Assembly (NCBI RefSeq): GCF_009914755.1
Contig: NC_060948.1
Reading direction: 5' to 3' (one strand)
Length of the DNA: 64,000 nucleotides
From: the human T2T-CHM13v2.0 reference genome, Homo sapiens
Positions 30,395 to 43,608 of the stretch are shown here, piece by piece. How positions within the stretch are numbered: the first letter of the stretch is position 1; every line of letters starts with the position of its first letter. The notes below the pieces were generated by a model. The model saw nothing but the letters and a program-made list of their open reading frames with translations, was not told the origin of the DNA and made no database searches. A program made the translations under genes and the position numbers.

Positions 30395-31940
30395 ATTTTT
30401 ATAGCTGTTGTAAATAATTTTTTTCTTGAACTTTTCTTTCAGATGGCTCATTCTTGGCATGTAAACATGCTCCTAATTTTGTATGTGAATTTGATATAAC
30501 GCCACTTTACTGAATTTCTTTATTAATTCTCAAGATTTTTAGTGTACTATTTAGTTCTGCTATATAAAAAATTGTATGATCTGTGATCAGAGACAATCTG
30601 AATTTCTCCTTTTTCATTTGGATGTCTTTTATTTCTTTCTCTTGCAAAATGATCAGGCTGAGAATTCCAGTACTCTGTTGAATGAAAGTGGTAAAAGTAG
30701 ACATCATTGTCTTGTTCCAGATCTCAAATGAAAAACTTTCCTATTTTCCTGTTCAGTGTGATATCAGCTAATGAATTTCATATTTTGCCTTAATTGTATT
30801 CAGGTAGATACCATCTATACCTAATTTCTTCTGTTGTTTTAATCACAAAGGCATGTTAGATTTTTCCAAATACTTTTTTTGCATCTAGAATAAAAAATAA
30901 AGGTGCCTAGCAGTAAAACTAATTAAGAAATAAACACTGTCTACACTGTAAATCATAAAACACTTATAAAGAAAGTAAGACATGAAAAGTTTGAGAGATA
31001 TTTTTGCTCATTAGTTATAAAACATATTGTTAAAATGGCTTTGCCACTCAAGGGCATCTACAGATTCAATGCAAACTCTATAAAATACCAAATGACATTT
31101 TTTTCACAGAAATGGAAAAAACAGGCCAAAAATTCATAGAAAACAAAAGAAAACCTCTCCAAATAGCCAAAGTAATCCTATGAAAAAAGAACAACCTGAA
31201 AGCATCAAAGCACCTGACTTTAAAATATCCTACAAAGCTACAACAAGCAAAAGAGCATGACACTGGCATAGAAAACAGACACATAGACCAAAGTATGCAG
31301 CGATCCCAATAGTAAATTCAGAAACCTAGGGCCAAGTAATTTTTAAGCTGTTTGGAATATGCACTTAAGAAACGACAATCTTTTCAATGAATGGTGCTAG
31401 GAAAATTGATTATTTAAATGAATATAACTAGATGTCAACTGGTTACCTACCATATTAAAACAACTTAATTATATATAATTAGAAGACTTAAAGGTACAAC
31501 TCAATCTTAAAAACTATTTGAATAAAACATAGGGAAATGATTTACAAAATAGGACAGGAAGAAAATGTAAATAAGAACTCAAAAGCATAGGCAACAAAAG
31601 CAAAAGCAGGCAAGTGAATTTAACAGAATCTAAAAAATATCACATAGCAAAAATAAATTAATAGAGTAGAGACAACTTACAGTGTGGGAGGATATATTTG
31701 CAAAATATACATACGACAAGGGATAATCACACAAAATATATAACAAACACAAAAGCAAAAATAACCAGAATTTAGTAATACATGAGAGACCTTAAGTGAA
31801 ATTTCTCCAAGGAAGACATACAAATGGCCAAGTACCTGCAAAGATAGTCAACACTATTAATTATTAGAAAAATGCAAATTAAAGCCACAATAAGATACCA
31901 GATTACTCCAGTTCAGATGGATATAATCAGAAATAATACG
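30395..31940. mobile_element. Old L1 with a 5' inversion (minus ~30395-30887, plus ~30888-31940)
   Basis: The minus part encodes degenerate RT (ORF 30507..30707, QEKEIKDIQ...SLITDHTIFY). The plus part continues ORF2 from the point where the inverted part ends. Confidence 0.75.
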
Positions 31941-31954
31941 TTAATACGTTCCTG

Positions 31955-33670
31955 CCACTTTCAACAGGAGGCATTGTGACATATCTCTGGGCCTATTATT
32001 TAGGTGATATGACTCTCCTCTTCTGCCTGGAAACTGCCTACAAGGGCCATTGTGCCACAGAGTTAGGCGTAGCCCCAAAGTTATGTGACATTTCTGCCAG
32101 GAACTTGCCTGAAAAGAGAATATTGGAATATTTCTGCCTCGGCATTTAGGTTATATGGCTGTCATGCCTGTTTCATTACCACAGAGTAAATTTTGACATA
32201 TGCCTTGGCACAGCTCACAGGCATCATAATGACTCTGATATGCGGACCCCAGAAACAGGAGTTAATTTGACTTTTGTAACTTGCTCTAGAAACACGAGTG
32301 ATGTCTTGGATCTCTTTCTGGTAAAAAGGCCACAGAAGATTATAACAGCCTCAGATATTTTATAAAGCCCATGACTTGTACAGAGAGTGTCTTAACAAAA
32401 CCCAGAAGGATGAAATTGTAAGTTTCACATGCACACCCACCTTAAAGTAAGGACTGTCAGATCTCACATTGTCACTCATGAAAACAGGACATGTGTGGTA
32501 TTATAAATCTCATCTCTGGTATGTTCTACCAGTGTGAATGTGATACAAATATTTGCAAGCATCTGTGTGATTTGACCCTCTAGATTGGTTTCAGCCCACA
32601 TAAGGGATTGTGATCTCTACCTGGGCCAACTTCTAGATGATATGACTCTCCTCCCTTGGATGTCCTCTCAGGATTGTGACATATCACTGGATGTAAAACC
32701 CAGGTGATGTTACAGCTTCTAGAGGATGTGACCATCCTGCCTTTGCCATTCTCTAAGGATTGTGAAATATTACCAGATCTAACACCCAGATGATGTTACA
32801 TTCTTGCCTGCGCCATTTCCGCAGACATCATTGTAACATATCACTGTGTCCACCACTTAGGAAATGTAACTCTCCTCTCTGGAAAGGACCCTGAACACAG
32901 CAGGTGGTAGTAACATATTGCTAGGCCCAGGCACACAAGTGACGGTACTCTTTTGCCAGGGCTGTGTTTTAAACAGGGCATTGTGACATATCTTTGGGCA
33001 TATTACCGAGGTGATGTGACTCAAAGCTTGGGCCTCACCCACGTAAGGCACTGTGACATAAAAGTTGAACCTACACCAAGGTGATGTAACTCTTTCACCT
33101 TGATTCTATCCTAAGGGAGCCTTGCAACATATCTCAGGACCCAACACCCGGGTGATGTGGTTCTTCTGCTTGGTTTCTGTCTATGTCTTATACTGTGACG
33201 TATACCTAAAGAAGAACCTAGGTGATAAGACTCTCCTTTTCTGCCTGAGTCCTGCCTAATGGGGACACTGGGACATATCTCTGAGGCCATAACCTAACTG
33301 ACATGACTCTCTTTCCCTGCCTGGGCCTTTCAAATGGTGGAATTGTGACATATTGCTGAGCACAGCATTTAGGTCATGTGACTCTCCTGTTTTTATCTGA
33401 ACCGTGCCCACAAAGAAAAATTTTGACGATTTGCACACAGAGGATGTTACACTTCTGCTACGACACTGAATAAAGAGGGAATTATTGCATACTGGTGGGC
33501 CCAGCAGCCTGATGATGCTACTGTCCTGCCTGTGCCAGAGCCACAGAGGGTATTTTGACATATCTTCGTCCCATTCTGTAGGTGTTTTAGCTCTTATCCC
33601 TTGGCTAACTTTTTCTACATGTGGAATTGAGTGATACTGCTGGACGCAGCACCCAGTTAATGGCCATTTG
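31955..33670. repeat. Diverged beta satellite (BSR, 68-bp Sau3A family)
   Basis: Recurrent ~70-bp units containing attgtgacatatctct and caggtgatgtgactct, matching the beta-satellite consensus ACCCAGGTGATGTAACTCTTG...GGCATTGTGACATATCTCTG. Confidence 0.85.
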
Positions 33671-36600
33671 GCCACCTTCAAACCACACTGAGACGGAAGC
33701 TCGGCTTTTGTGCAGTCCAGCAGTACAGAGAAACAGCAACCCAAAGTGTTGGGTTGGGGTTGCTTCTTCCCAGAGACCAAAGCATACCACCTCCTCCGCT
33801 ATCCTAGTGTGGGAAGGAGGGTCAGGATGCACATGCATCAAGCACCCAGTGCCCAGCAATCACTACCACAGGCAGCAGGGAGATGAGGCAGAAAGGGTGA
33901 GGAAAGTAGCAGTTGGAATGTGTGTGTGCAGAAAAGCTACTAACCCTCTTATTTCAGCCACAGTTAGCTCACTGCAAGCAACAGAAATCCACTCTGGGAA
34001 ACCTAAGCCAAAAGGAAGATAAACTGAAGAACCAGAAGACAGAAAGGGAAGAAGGGGGATGGTGGCAGAAGGTACTTTGTGGGAGAGATGGATCTTTCTC
34101 AAACCTTTTATCCCTGCCTGTTATTTAATCATGATTGGGTTCTTTGGGAAGAGGGTACGGCTGGCCAGGGGAGAGCAGGATACCGTGAGTGGTAGCTTCC
34201 AGGCATCTGTCTACCAACACAGGGGAAGGAAGCACGTCCCTCAAAGAAAGCCAGGATGCTGGCACCAGAAAAAGGGCGAAGGATGCTGAGCATGGGGAGG
34301 ACAGAGATGTCTCTTCTCTCTTTGGGACTGTATCTTGTCACCTGTAAAATGGGGGAAAACTGTGGCTACATTGTGAAAATTTAATGAGATAAAACAGCAC
34401 AGTGTGGCTTATGGGAAGTCCCTAATATATAATAATTTTAAATAATTGTAGCTAAATAATTTTAGCTTATCATCTTAATTTTTGATTCAGCTCTCTCTGA
34501 ATTTTACATCCTAGCACAGATCAATGATCTTGCAACTCCAACCACACCATTTTGCAATTCTGAACCTCTACCTAGAGAAAGCAGTGGATCTTTATACATT
34601 CGACACAGCCCTTCCCTCTAGAGTAATAAAAAATAAACCTAGTTTTGCATAAGTCTTTTTCTGTAGGCTGGGTCTCTGGAGTAAGTGAACCCCATGGCCA
34701 ATCCATCTGAAGTCAAGGTTAATAGGGCCGTGATACTAAAGATGTGGTATTAAAGATCTCCTTCTGGTACCGCATTCTTTATGATGCATGGCCAATTACC
34801 CACTAAGGAAGATACTGCAGCCGTAGCAATTTTATCCCAAAAGCATGTCATTTTATTTTTATTCCCACTGACAAGCACATACCTCTTTAAATAAAAAAAA
34901 AAAGAAAACGAAAGTGACTATTGCTCAAACTTACATTTTGCCCACACATTTTTCAACTCTTGGGATTGTATATTCCAGTCCGGATATGGGCACTAACCAA
35001 GCCTTTCCTGATGGATGGGCTTGGCTGTTTTCTCCATGGTTTCTTGGCTCAAATTTTTGGCAAATTACATGTTTTTGCTTAGTTTTTGGGCAAAACTAGA
35101 TGTTTCTGTGGCTTTGCAGTTTTTCTCCACCAAAAGCATGAAATTTGACCAATTATTTACTGATAGAGTTATGGAAAGATGAAGCTGTGGCAGATTTCAA
35201 GTTTCAAAATCCATCTCTGGTTAATTTGTTTGAAATAATTGACTATAGGATATGGTAGATATCAATTATATGACAAACCTTTTAGGTTTTGTTTAATGTT
35301 AAAAATAAAGTGATAATGCTGGCCTTAGCATATTAATTAATGACTTTCGTTTTCATCCTAAGAACAATGGGAGCACATTAATCTTTGGCAGAAGATAAAG
35401 TGACCAGATTTGTGTTTTAACAGGTCTCTGTAGCTATTGAAAATGGACTGGAGAAGACGAATTGGAGTGAGAAGAGAGTGACAGAATCAGATAAAAATGT
35501 GCCATGTTACTATGAGCAGGAGATGAGGCAGCCTCAACCAATATGGTGCAGAGAGAAGAAAATCACTTGAGAGAATGGATTAAACTGGGTGGTTAGCAAA
35601 GAGAACTGAATCGAAAATTATGATAGTAAGCTAAATAATTTTACACACAAAAAGGCAGAGTTGCATTCACAATTAGTCTCTTCAGACTGAATATTACAGC
35701 CAAATTATAACAATTGGTGTTGCAATCACTTCCCTTGGGTTTGTATCCAAGGTTAAGAATGTCAGCATCCAGAGGTCCAAATTCTTCTTCTTTTTTTTTT
35801 TTTTTTTTTGAGAGGCCCAGAGGCCCAAATTCTTAATGTTTTTAGATGATAAAGTTTATTCAAGGTAGACTGTCTGTGTTGAATAATTTAGCCTCTTACA
35901 AATTTCAAGAAAAAATCTATTGTCCCTCTTCTCCACCACAGACACACTTTAATTGAACATTAAGCATATTTATTAAAGAAACATTCTCTTTTGCTTTTTC
36001 TCCCAAGAGAGATGGTGTTCTTACTCAGAGTTATAAGTGTCAGAATAAAGAATGCCCATGAGGTTGAATTGTATGATGCTACGGTAAAGTGAAATAAACA
36101 TTCTCAAAAACATGATTATGACTTACAAACAAACAAACAAAAACCAACAAACAACTTTCTGTCGAGGAATTACGCTTTTGGGACAGAAACTTTCCTTTAA
36201 ATTTGAACAGCTGCATGCCGACAAAGAATATGAAAAAGGCACAACACACCGATTATGAAAACATGACTACACTTTAAGAGAACACAGAATTTTTCAGATC
36301 CATCTTAAATCTCAGGAGTTCTAGACCGAGACAGGAATGAGTGCTCTTGTTGCTAAAATCACTCTGATGTGCTTCTTGTTAAACAATTCACTCAGCAACA
36401 TTACAGATTAGCACACACACACAAAAATTGTTTGTAGGTGAAAAATTGTTTGGAAAAGGACACCTTATTAGCCATGTTATCTACTTACAAATAAAAGCCG
36501 ATTTTTGGCTCTCCTGAATGAAAAGAAGGGTAATTGGAGGATATCTGGGGCTTACTAACTTGATTTTAGGCCAGGGGTGTCCCAGAATCAGGGAGCTCCT

Positions 36601-37148
36601 GAAGAGGGGCCTTGTCATAGGAACTACCTGATCTGAGCTTCTCCTCAGTCCGAGATGTACCAAGGCCACTGCTTGCCCCGTGTTTACAGGATTCAGAGTC
36701 TTCAGGGAAAGTTGAGCCCAAGTGGTAGAGTCTTCTTCCCCAGCTGTGTTCTCACCTCCCAAAGCCCCACACAATGGAAAATCCCTCAAGAGGAGGCAGT
36801 CACAGAGAGAAGTGGAGGCCAGGTGGCCTCCAAATGATCAATGTCATACAGGGCTCCTGTCTGCTCTACGGCCACCTCTCAAGTTGTTCTTTCCTAGGTT
36901 CCTTCTTAAATTTGATAGATTTATCCAAAACAGGTATGAATTCAGATCCTACCAATTTAATATTGCAAGAACTCACCCAGGGGAAGGAATAGAGCTTAAC
37001 AGTAATGTTGAAAAAGAAAAAGGAAATTTTTAATAAACAAAAGGTATCAATAAAATGGAGGACTCTTTATCTACTTAATTAACTGTTTGGTGACCCTGAT
37101 GAATTTAATGATACTCAAACCACCTAAGTAAGTGAGCTACTGGGACTG

Positions 37149-37463
37149 AAATTTTGGCTCTCTCTCTCTCTTTCTTTTTTTTAGAGAGGGTCTTGCTCTG
37201 TCATCCAGGCTGGAGTGCAGTGACATGATCAAATCTCACTGCAGCCTCCAAATCTCAGGCTCCAGCAATCCTCTCATCTCAGCCTCTCAGATAGTCAGGA
37301 CTACAGGTACATGCCACCATATCTGGCAATTTTTTAATTTTTATTTTTTGTAGAGACAGGGGCTCACTGTGTTGCCCTGGCTCAAACTTCTAGCCTCAAG
37401 TTATCTTTCCATCACAGTCACCCATAGTACTGGGATTACTGGCACGATCCCCTGTGCCTGGCC
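37149..37463 (-). mobile_element. AluJ
   Basis: Reverse Alu dimer. Confidence 0.9.
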
Positions 37464-37719
37464 TTTCTTTGTTAAAATTCGCCTCTAAGTGGCAGCCCTT
37501 GAAATGTATTTCTAAACTGCTGTGAACAATTAAGTTTGATTTTTTTAAAAAAGTAAGAAGAAACCCGATTATTCAGACCTTGCACTAATTCAGGCTTTCC
37601 TTCCTACCAACCAGCCCCTTTTAAGATGGTCTCATGAGTTATTAGCATCTTCATCAATGTGTCAACAAGAATGACTACCTACATCTGCACAACAGTTTTC
37701 AAGATATTTCCATGGTTAT

Positions 37720-39283
37720 TATTCTCTTATCTGGCCCCACCCACATCCTGCTGATTGGTCCATTTTAGAGAGAGCCGATTGGTCTGTTTTACAGAGCGCT
37801 GAATGGTCTGTTTTGACAGGGTGCTGACTGGTGCATTTACAATCCCTGAGCTAGACAAAGAGGTTCTCCACATCCCCACTAGATTAGCTACATAGAGAGT
37901 GTCGATTGGTGTATTTACAAATCCTGAGCTAGACACAGAGTGCTGATTGGTGCATTTACAAACCTTGAGCTAGATACAGGGAGCCAACTGGTGCATTCAC
38001 AATCCCTTAGCTAGACATAAAGATTCCCCAAGTCCCCACCAGATTAGCTAGACACAGAGCTCTGATTGCTACACTTACAAACCTTTAGCTAGACACAGAG
38101 TGCTGACTGGTGCATTCACAATCCCTTAGCTTGACATAAAGGTTCTCCAAGTCCCCACTAGATTAGCTAGATACAGAGTGCCAATTGGTGCATCCACTAA
38201 CCCTGAGCTAGACACAGTGTGCTGATTGGTGTGTTTACAAACCTTGAGCTAGATACAGAGTGCTGATTGGTGTATTCACAATCCCTTAGCTAGACATAAA
38301 GATTCTCCAAGTCCCCACCAGATTAGCCAGATACAGAGTGCCGGTTGGTACATCCACAAATCCTGAGCTAGACAGAGGGTGCTGATTGGTGTGTTCACAA
38401 ACCTTGAGCTAGATACAGAGTGCTGATTGGTGTATTCACAATCCCTTAGCTAGACATAAACACTCTCCAAGTCCCCACCAGATTAGCTAGATACAGAGTG
38501 CCGGTTGGTGCATCCACAAACCCTGAGCTAGACACAGGGCGCTGATTGGTGTGTTCACAAACCTTGAGCTAGACACAGTGTGCTGATTGGTGCACTCACA
38601 ATCCCTTAGCTAGACACAGAGGTTCTCCAAGTCCCCACTAGACTCAGGAGCCCAGCTGGCCTCACCCAGTGGATCTTATACCAGGGCCACAGGTGGAGCT
38701 GCCCGCCAGTCACTCACCGTGCGCCTGCACTCCTCAGCCCTTGGGCGGCCGATGGGACCAGGCACCATGGAGTAGGGGGTGGCGCTCGTCCAGGAGGCTC
38801 AGGCCATGCAGGAGCCCATGGCGGTTGGGGGAGACTCAGGCATGGTGGGCTGCAGGTCCCAAGCCCTGCCCCGTGGGGAGGCAGCTAAGGCCGGGTGAGA
38901 AATCCAGCACAGCGCTGGTGGGTCAGCACTGCTGGGGGACCCGGCACACCCTCTGCAGCTGCTGGCCTGGGTACTAAGTCCCTCACTGCCTGGGGCTGGC
39001 AGGGCTGGCCGGCCACTGCAAGTGCAGGGATCAGCAAGCCCACACCCACCCAGAACTCTAGCTGGCCCACAAGCACTGCACGCAGCCCTGGCTCCCACCC
39101 CTGCCTCTCCCTCCACACCTCCCCGCAAGCTGAGGGAGCTGGCTCCGGCCTCGGCCAGCCCACACAAGGGCTCCCATGGTGCAGTGGAAGGCTGAAGGGC
39201 TCCTCAAGCATGGCCAGAATGGGCGCTGAGGCTGAGGAGGCACCGAGAGTGAGCCAGGGCTGTCAGCATGCTGTCACCTCTCA
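37720..39283 (-). mobile_element. LTR12 (ERV9 3' LTR), truncated and lacking R-U5
   Basis: Starts tgagaggtgacagc on the minus strand, has tandem CCAAT repeats (ctgattggtg...gctagacacagag), and is preceded by PPT aggggggat. Confidence 0.93.
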
Positions 39284-39291
39284 ATCCCCCC

Positions 39292-39690
39292 TGGCAGTTT
39301 TGGAGAGTCACTGCTGCCAAAGAGTCTATTTGGGATTATAAAGTAAGAACAGATTTCGCTATTTCTTGCAAACTGTCTGAGATATCCTTGGAGAGTGTGT
39401 GGTAGTAGGATAATGAAGTAGATAAACCACATATTCTGGTTCCTGTAGCCATAGCCATTCCTAACCCTTTAAGGAGGGGTATTAGTTGTATGGCTCTGCA
39501 CTGACAGACTTGAGCTTTGAGGGGTACTGATAAGGTCTGATTTCCTGCGGCAATGATAATGTTGGGACTTAGACTAAGGTGCAGGTGCCTGTCAAGTTAG
39601 TGGGGAGGCAGATACAGGTCGTTGTTCCACATAAGAAGAATCTGCCTTGTCTGGGTAGACAGAACTTAACCCTGGCTTTTAAAGGAATAG
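39292..39690 (-). pseudogene. ERV9 env remnant (SU end and TM start)
   Basis: Minus translation FLCGTTTCICLPTNLTGTCTLV...RAIQLIPLLKGLG...QIDSLAAVTLQNC, with stop and frameshift. Confidence 0.85.
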
Positions 39691-39959
39691 TGTACACTGT
39701 TTTTTTTTCTTTACTATTTCTTTCTCTCTCTTTCTCTCTTCAACTCCTTCTTTGTCTCTTCCTCTCTTTTTAACTCTCTCTTTGACTTTCTGTGTCTGTC
39801 CCTCTTTCTCTCTGACTCCTTCTCTTTGTCCCTCTGTTCCTTCCTCTCTCTCTCTCTTTCTCTGACTTTCTTTTTCTCTCCTTCTTGCTGGTCTTTCCCT
39901 ACCTCTGCCAGTCACTCATGCTGCTGTTCTCCCCTCTTCTTCCCATTTTGATGGCTTTG

Positions 39960-42144
39960 GCAGTGTAAGAGTGCCACCTACTTGTGTTTTTGCATTGCAT
40001 GCAATAATTCTATAATTTCCTTGTGGCATTTAACAGGGGTTCCCCCAGAGGTTAGGAACTCCCTCTCTTTCCATATTGCAGCATGGGCATGTAGGATTAG
40101 ATAAGCATATTTGCTATCTGTATACACATTTATTCTTTTTCCCTTTCCCAGTTCTAAGGCTCGGGTAAGTGCCACTAGTGCTGCTAACTGGGCACTGGTC
40201 CCTGGGGGAAGAGGCTTACTTTCAAGTATGGATACATCACTAACTATGGCATAACCTGCCCTTCGTATCCCATTCTCCATAAATGAACTTCCGTCGGTAT
40301 ATAGGTTAAGGTCAGGATTAGTTAAAGGGACTTCTAAGAGATCATCTCAGGCGGCAAAAGTCTGGACTATAATTTGTTGGCAGTCATGCTCGATTGGTTC
40401 CCCATCCTCTGGGAGAAAAGTGGCAGGGTTGAGGGCCATGCACATGAGTATTTGAAGCGCCAGTCCCTCAAGGAGTAGCACCTGGTATCTAAGTAGGTGG
40501 TTGTCTGATAGCCACAAACTTCCTTTGGCACCTAGTATGCCATTTACATCATGAGTAGTCCAGACAGTGAGATCCTTTCCTTGTATTATTTTGATAGCCT
40601 CTGACACTAAGACGGCCACTGCTGCAGCTACCCTTAAACAGTGAGGGCAGCCTTTTGCTACTACATCAATTTCCTTACCTAGGTATGCCCCTGGTTGTGG
40701 GGTTGTCCCACGAGTCTGAGTAATGACTCCAAGAGCTATCCTAGCTCTCTTTGTGAAGTATAAAGAGAAGTTTTGTCCTGTGGGAAGGCTTAAAGCTGGA
40801 GCTTCTACTAGGGCCTGCTTTAAGGTTTTGAAGGCTGTTTCTGCCTCTGGTTCCCATTCTACTAGATGAGTATTTGCCTTCTGGGTTTCCTTGATTAGAG
40901 TATAGAGGGGCCTGGCTATCTTGTTGCATCTGGGGATCCACAGTCGGCAAAAGCCAGTAATTCCAAGGAACCCCGCAACTGTTTTAATGTTTTAGGGTGG
41001 GGATAAGCCAGTAGAGGCTGTATTCATTCCTTGCTGAGGGCCCTGGTCCCTCTGGCTAAGATTAGGCCTAGATATTTGACCTGCTCTAGGCAAAGCTGGG
41101 CCTTCGACCTAGACACCTTGTACCCTTGATTAGCTAGAAAGTTCAAGAGATCTAGAGTAGCCTGCTGGCATGAGGCTTCCAAACTGGTAGCCAAAATAAA
41201 TCATCCACATACCAAAGGACCAGAGTGCCTGGACTTGAGAAGTGGCCAAGATCTTGGGCCAGTGCCTGATCAAACAGGTGAGGGCTATCCCTAAACCCTT
41301 GGGGCAAGACCGTCCATGTTAAGTTGGGACATGTGGTTTGTGGGATCCTCAAAGGCAAAGAGGAACTGGGAGTCAGAGTGCAGGGGAATACAGAAGAAGG
41401 CATCCTTGAGGTCCAGAAGCATGAACCATTTTGCTTCCTCTGGTATTTGAGAGCAGGGTATCGGGGTTGGGTACAACTGGATATAGAGGAATTACTGCCT
41501 CATTGATGAGTCTAAGATCTTGCACTAGTCTCCACTGACCGTTTGCTTTTCCTACTCCTAGGATTGGGGTGTTGCAGGGATGGCTGCATTTCCTTACTGA
41601 GCCTTGAGCTTTCAAATGTTTAACAATATTCTGTAGCCCTTTATTAGCTTCAGGCCTTAAGGGATAGTCTTTGATAAGGAAAAGTGGTGGGATCTTTTAA
41701 ACTGATTTGGACTGGGTGGGCATTTTTTGCCCTTCCAAATTGTCCTTCCAATGCCCAGACTTCAGGGTTGATTCCCTCCTCAAGTAGGGGACAACAAATG
41801 GGTAAGTTCTTCCCCATATTCATGTAGATAATAGCTCCAGCCTTGGCTAATATACCCCTCCCTAATAAGGGTGTGGGACTTTCAGGCATAACAAGAAAGG
41901 GATGTGAAAAGACCAAAGTCTCCCAATTACAACTCAGGAGGTGGGAGAAATACCTGGTAACAGGTTGTCCCAGGATTCCTCAGATGGTAACGGACCTTGA
42001 GGACAGTCGTCCAGGACCAGAGATTAACACTGAGAATGCCGCACCAGTGTCCAGGATGAAGTCAATTTCCGGGCCCTCAATAGTTAAACATACCCGGGGC
42101 TCAGTGTGGGTGATGGCATGAGCTGGTGCTTGCCCGGGGCACCC
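39960..42144 (-). pseudogene. ERV9 pro-pol remnant (protease, RT, RNase H; integrase missing)
   Basis: Fragmented ORFs [40 protein letters not shown] and NVYTDSKYA, with many frameshifts. Confidence 0.92.
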
Positions 42145-43608
42145 TCAGTCCTGTTGTTGGATTATCTGGTTGGGGGCTTCTGACCCAGGAAAACTTCATC
42201 CTCTGGGGCAGTGCACCTTCCAGTGATTGTCTCAGTGTAGTGGACATGGACGAGGGGGCAGCTTGTTTCTCATTGGACAATCTTTTTTAACGTGTCCTAG
42301 TAAGCCACACTGATAACAAGCCCTACCAGGTGATTGGACTGCTCCATTTTCTGTCCTCTCTGAATCACCAAGGTTTGTTTATCTCAGGGCCAGGACTAAG
42401 GCTGCAGCCTTTCTCTGACCTCGCTTTTCCTTTTGGGCCTGTTCCTCTTGGTCCCTATTATAGAACGACGAGGTTTGCCAGGTTTAATAATGCCTCTAGA
42501 TTTTGTTCAGGGCCCAGGGCTTGCTTTTGGAGCTTTCTCCTGATAGCTGTGGCTGATTGGGTAATAAATTTATCTTTTAGAATCAATTGACCCTCGAGGG
42601 ATTCAGGCGAGAGGGGAGTATATATTCTTAAGACCTCTCGTAGCTGCTCGAGGAAGGCAGAAGGATTTTATTCCTTTCCCTGTGTTATGGTGGACATCAC
42701 TGAATAATTCATGGGCTTTTTTCTAATCCTCCGTAGTCCCTCTAGAACACAGGTCAACAGATGTTTACAACTCCAGTCCCCATGATCTGAGTCAAGGTCC
42801 CAGTGGGGATCCATACTGGGGATGGCTTGCTGACCAGTAGGGAATTTGTGCCTTTCTTCAGCTGTCATTCTATCATTTACTGACTAAGATACCAGGTATC
42901 TCCAAACTCTCAGGCTGCAGCTAAAGCCACATTCTTTTCATTAAAGACCAGGGTTTGATCTAAGAGTAGCATGACATCTCTCCAAGCGAGGTCAAAGGTT
43001 TGCCCTAGACCCTGTAGGACATCTACGTACCTATCAGGATCATCTGAAAACTTCCCCAGGTCTGCCTTGATCTGCTTTAAATCAGAGAGGGAGAAGGGGA
43101 CATGCACCTGGGTTGGGCCAAGTTCTCTGCCCCCTACAGCTTGAAGGGGACATAACCGATTGCCTGGGGGGCGGGTTGTGGTCCTCTGGAGATTTCTTTG
43201 CTTATTTCCTTCTGGGCAGGGGAGATTAGAGGAGGATTATCATTCATAGGAAGGGGAGCTATAGGGAGGCTAGGATATGGGGGTAAGCTGAGAGGTCCTC
43301 CTGTGGGATGTAAATTGTAAGCTTTGCATAGTTGTGTATTCTCCCTCAATGAAAAGAAAGCTTGGACATAAGGTATTTCACTCCATTTGCCTTCCCTCTT
43401 ACAGAAAAGGTCAGGATGCAGGATAGTATTGTAATTTCTACTTCCCTCACGTGGCCATTTTTCCCCATCAAAGAGGGAATATTGGGACCAAGCCGTAGTG
43501 CAGAAAAAAAATGAGCCACCTCTTTTTCAGGGTTTGTGGGTTAAATTGGTCCCAATGGTTTAGCATGCATTTCAAGGGTGAGCCTGTTGATGCCTGAGTG
43601 TTTCCCAT
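42145..43608 (-). pseudogene. ERV9 gag remnant
   Basis: Starts MGNTQASTGSPLKC, includes PFSLSDLKQIKADLGKFSDDPD and ITQGKE, and ends at the stop in caggactga. Disrupted. Confidence 0.9.

Noticed and set aside
31955-33670. Repeat-spacer array, and the 174-aa ORF 33256..33780
   Set aside because: The periodicity is explained by diverged beta satellite, and the ORF is a chance opening across the satellite edge.
37750-38640. CRISPR-like or novel repeat array
   Set aside because: These are the standard LTR12 U3 tandem repeats, with no unique spacers, in a eukaryotic context.
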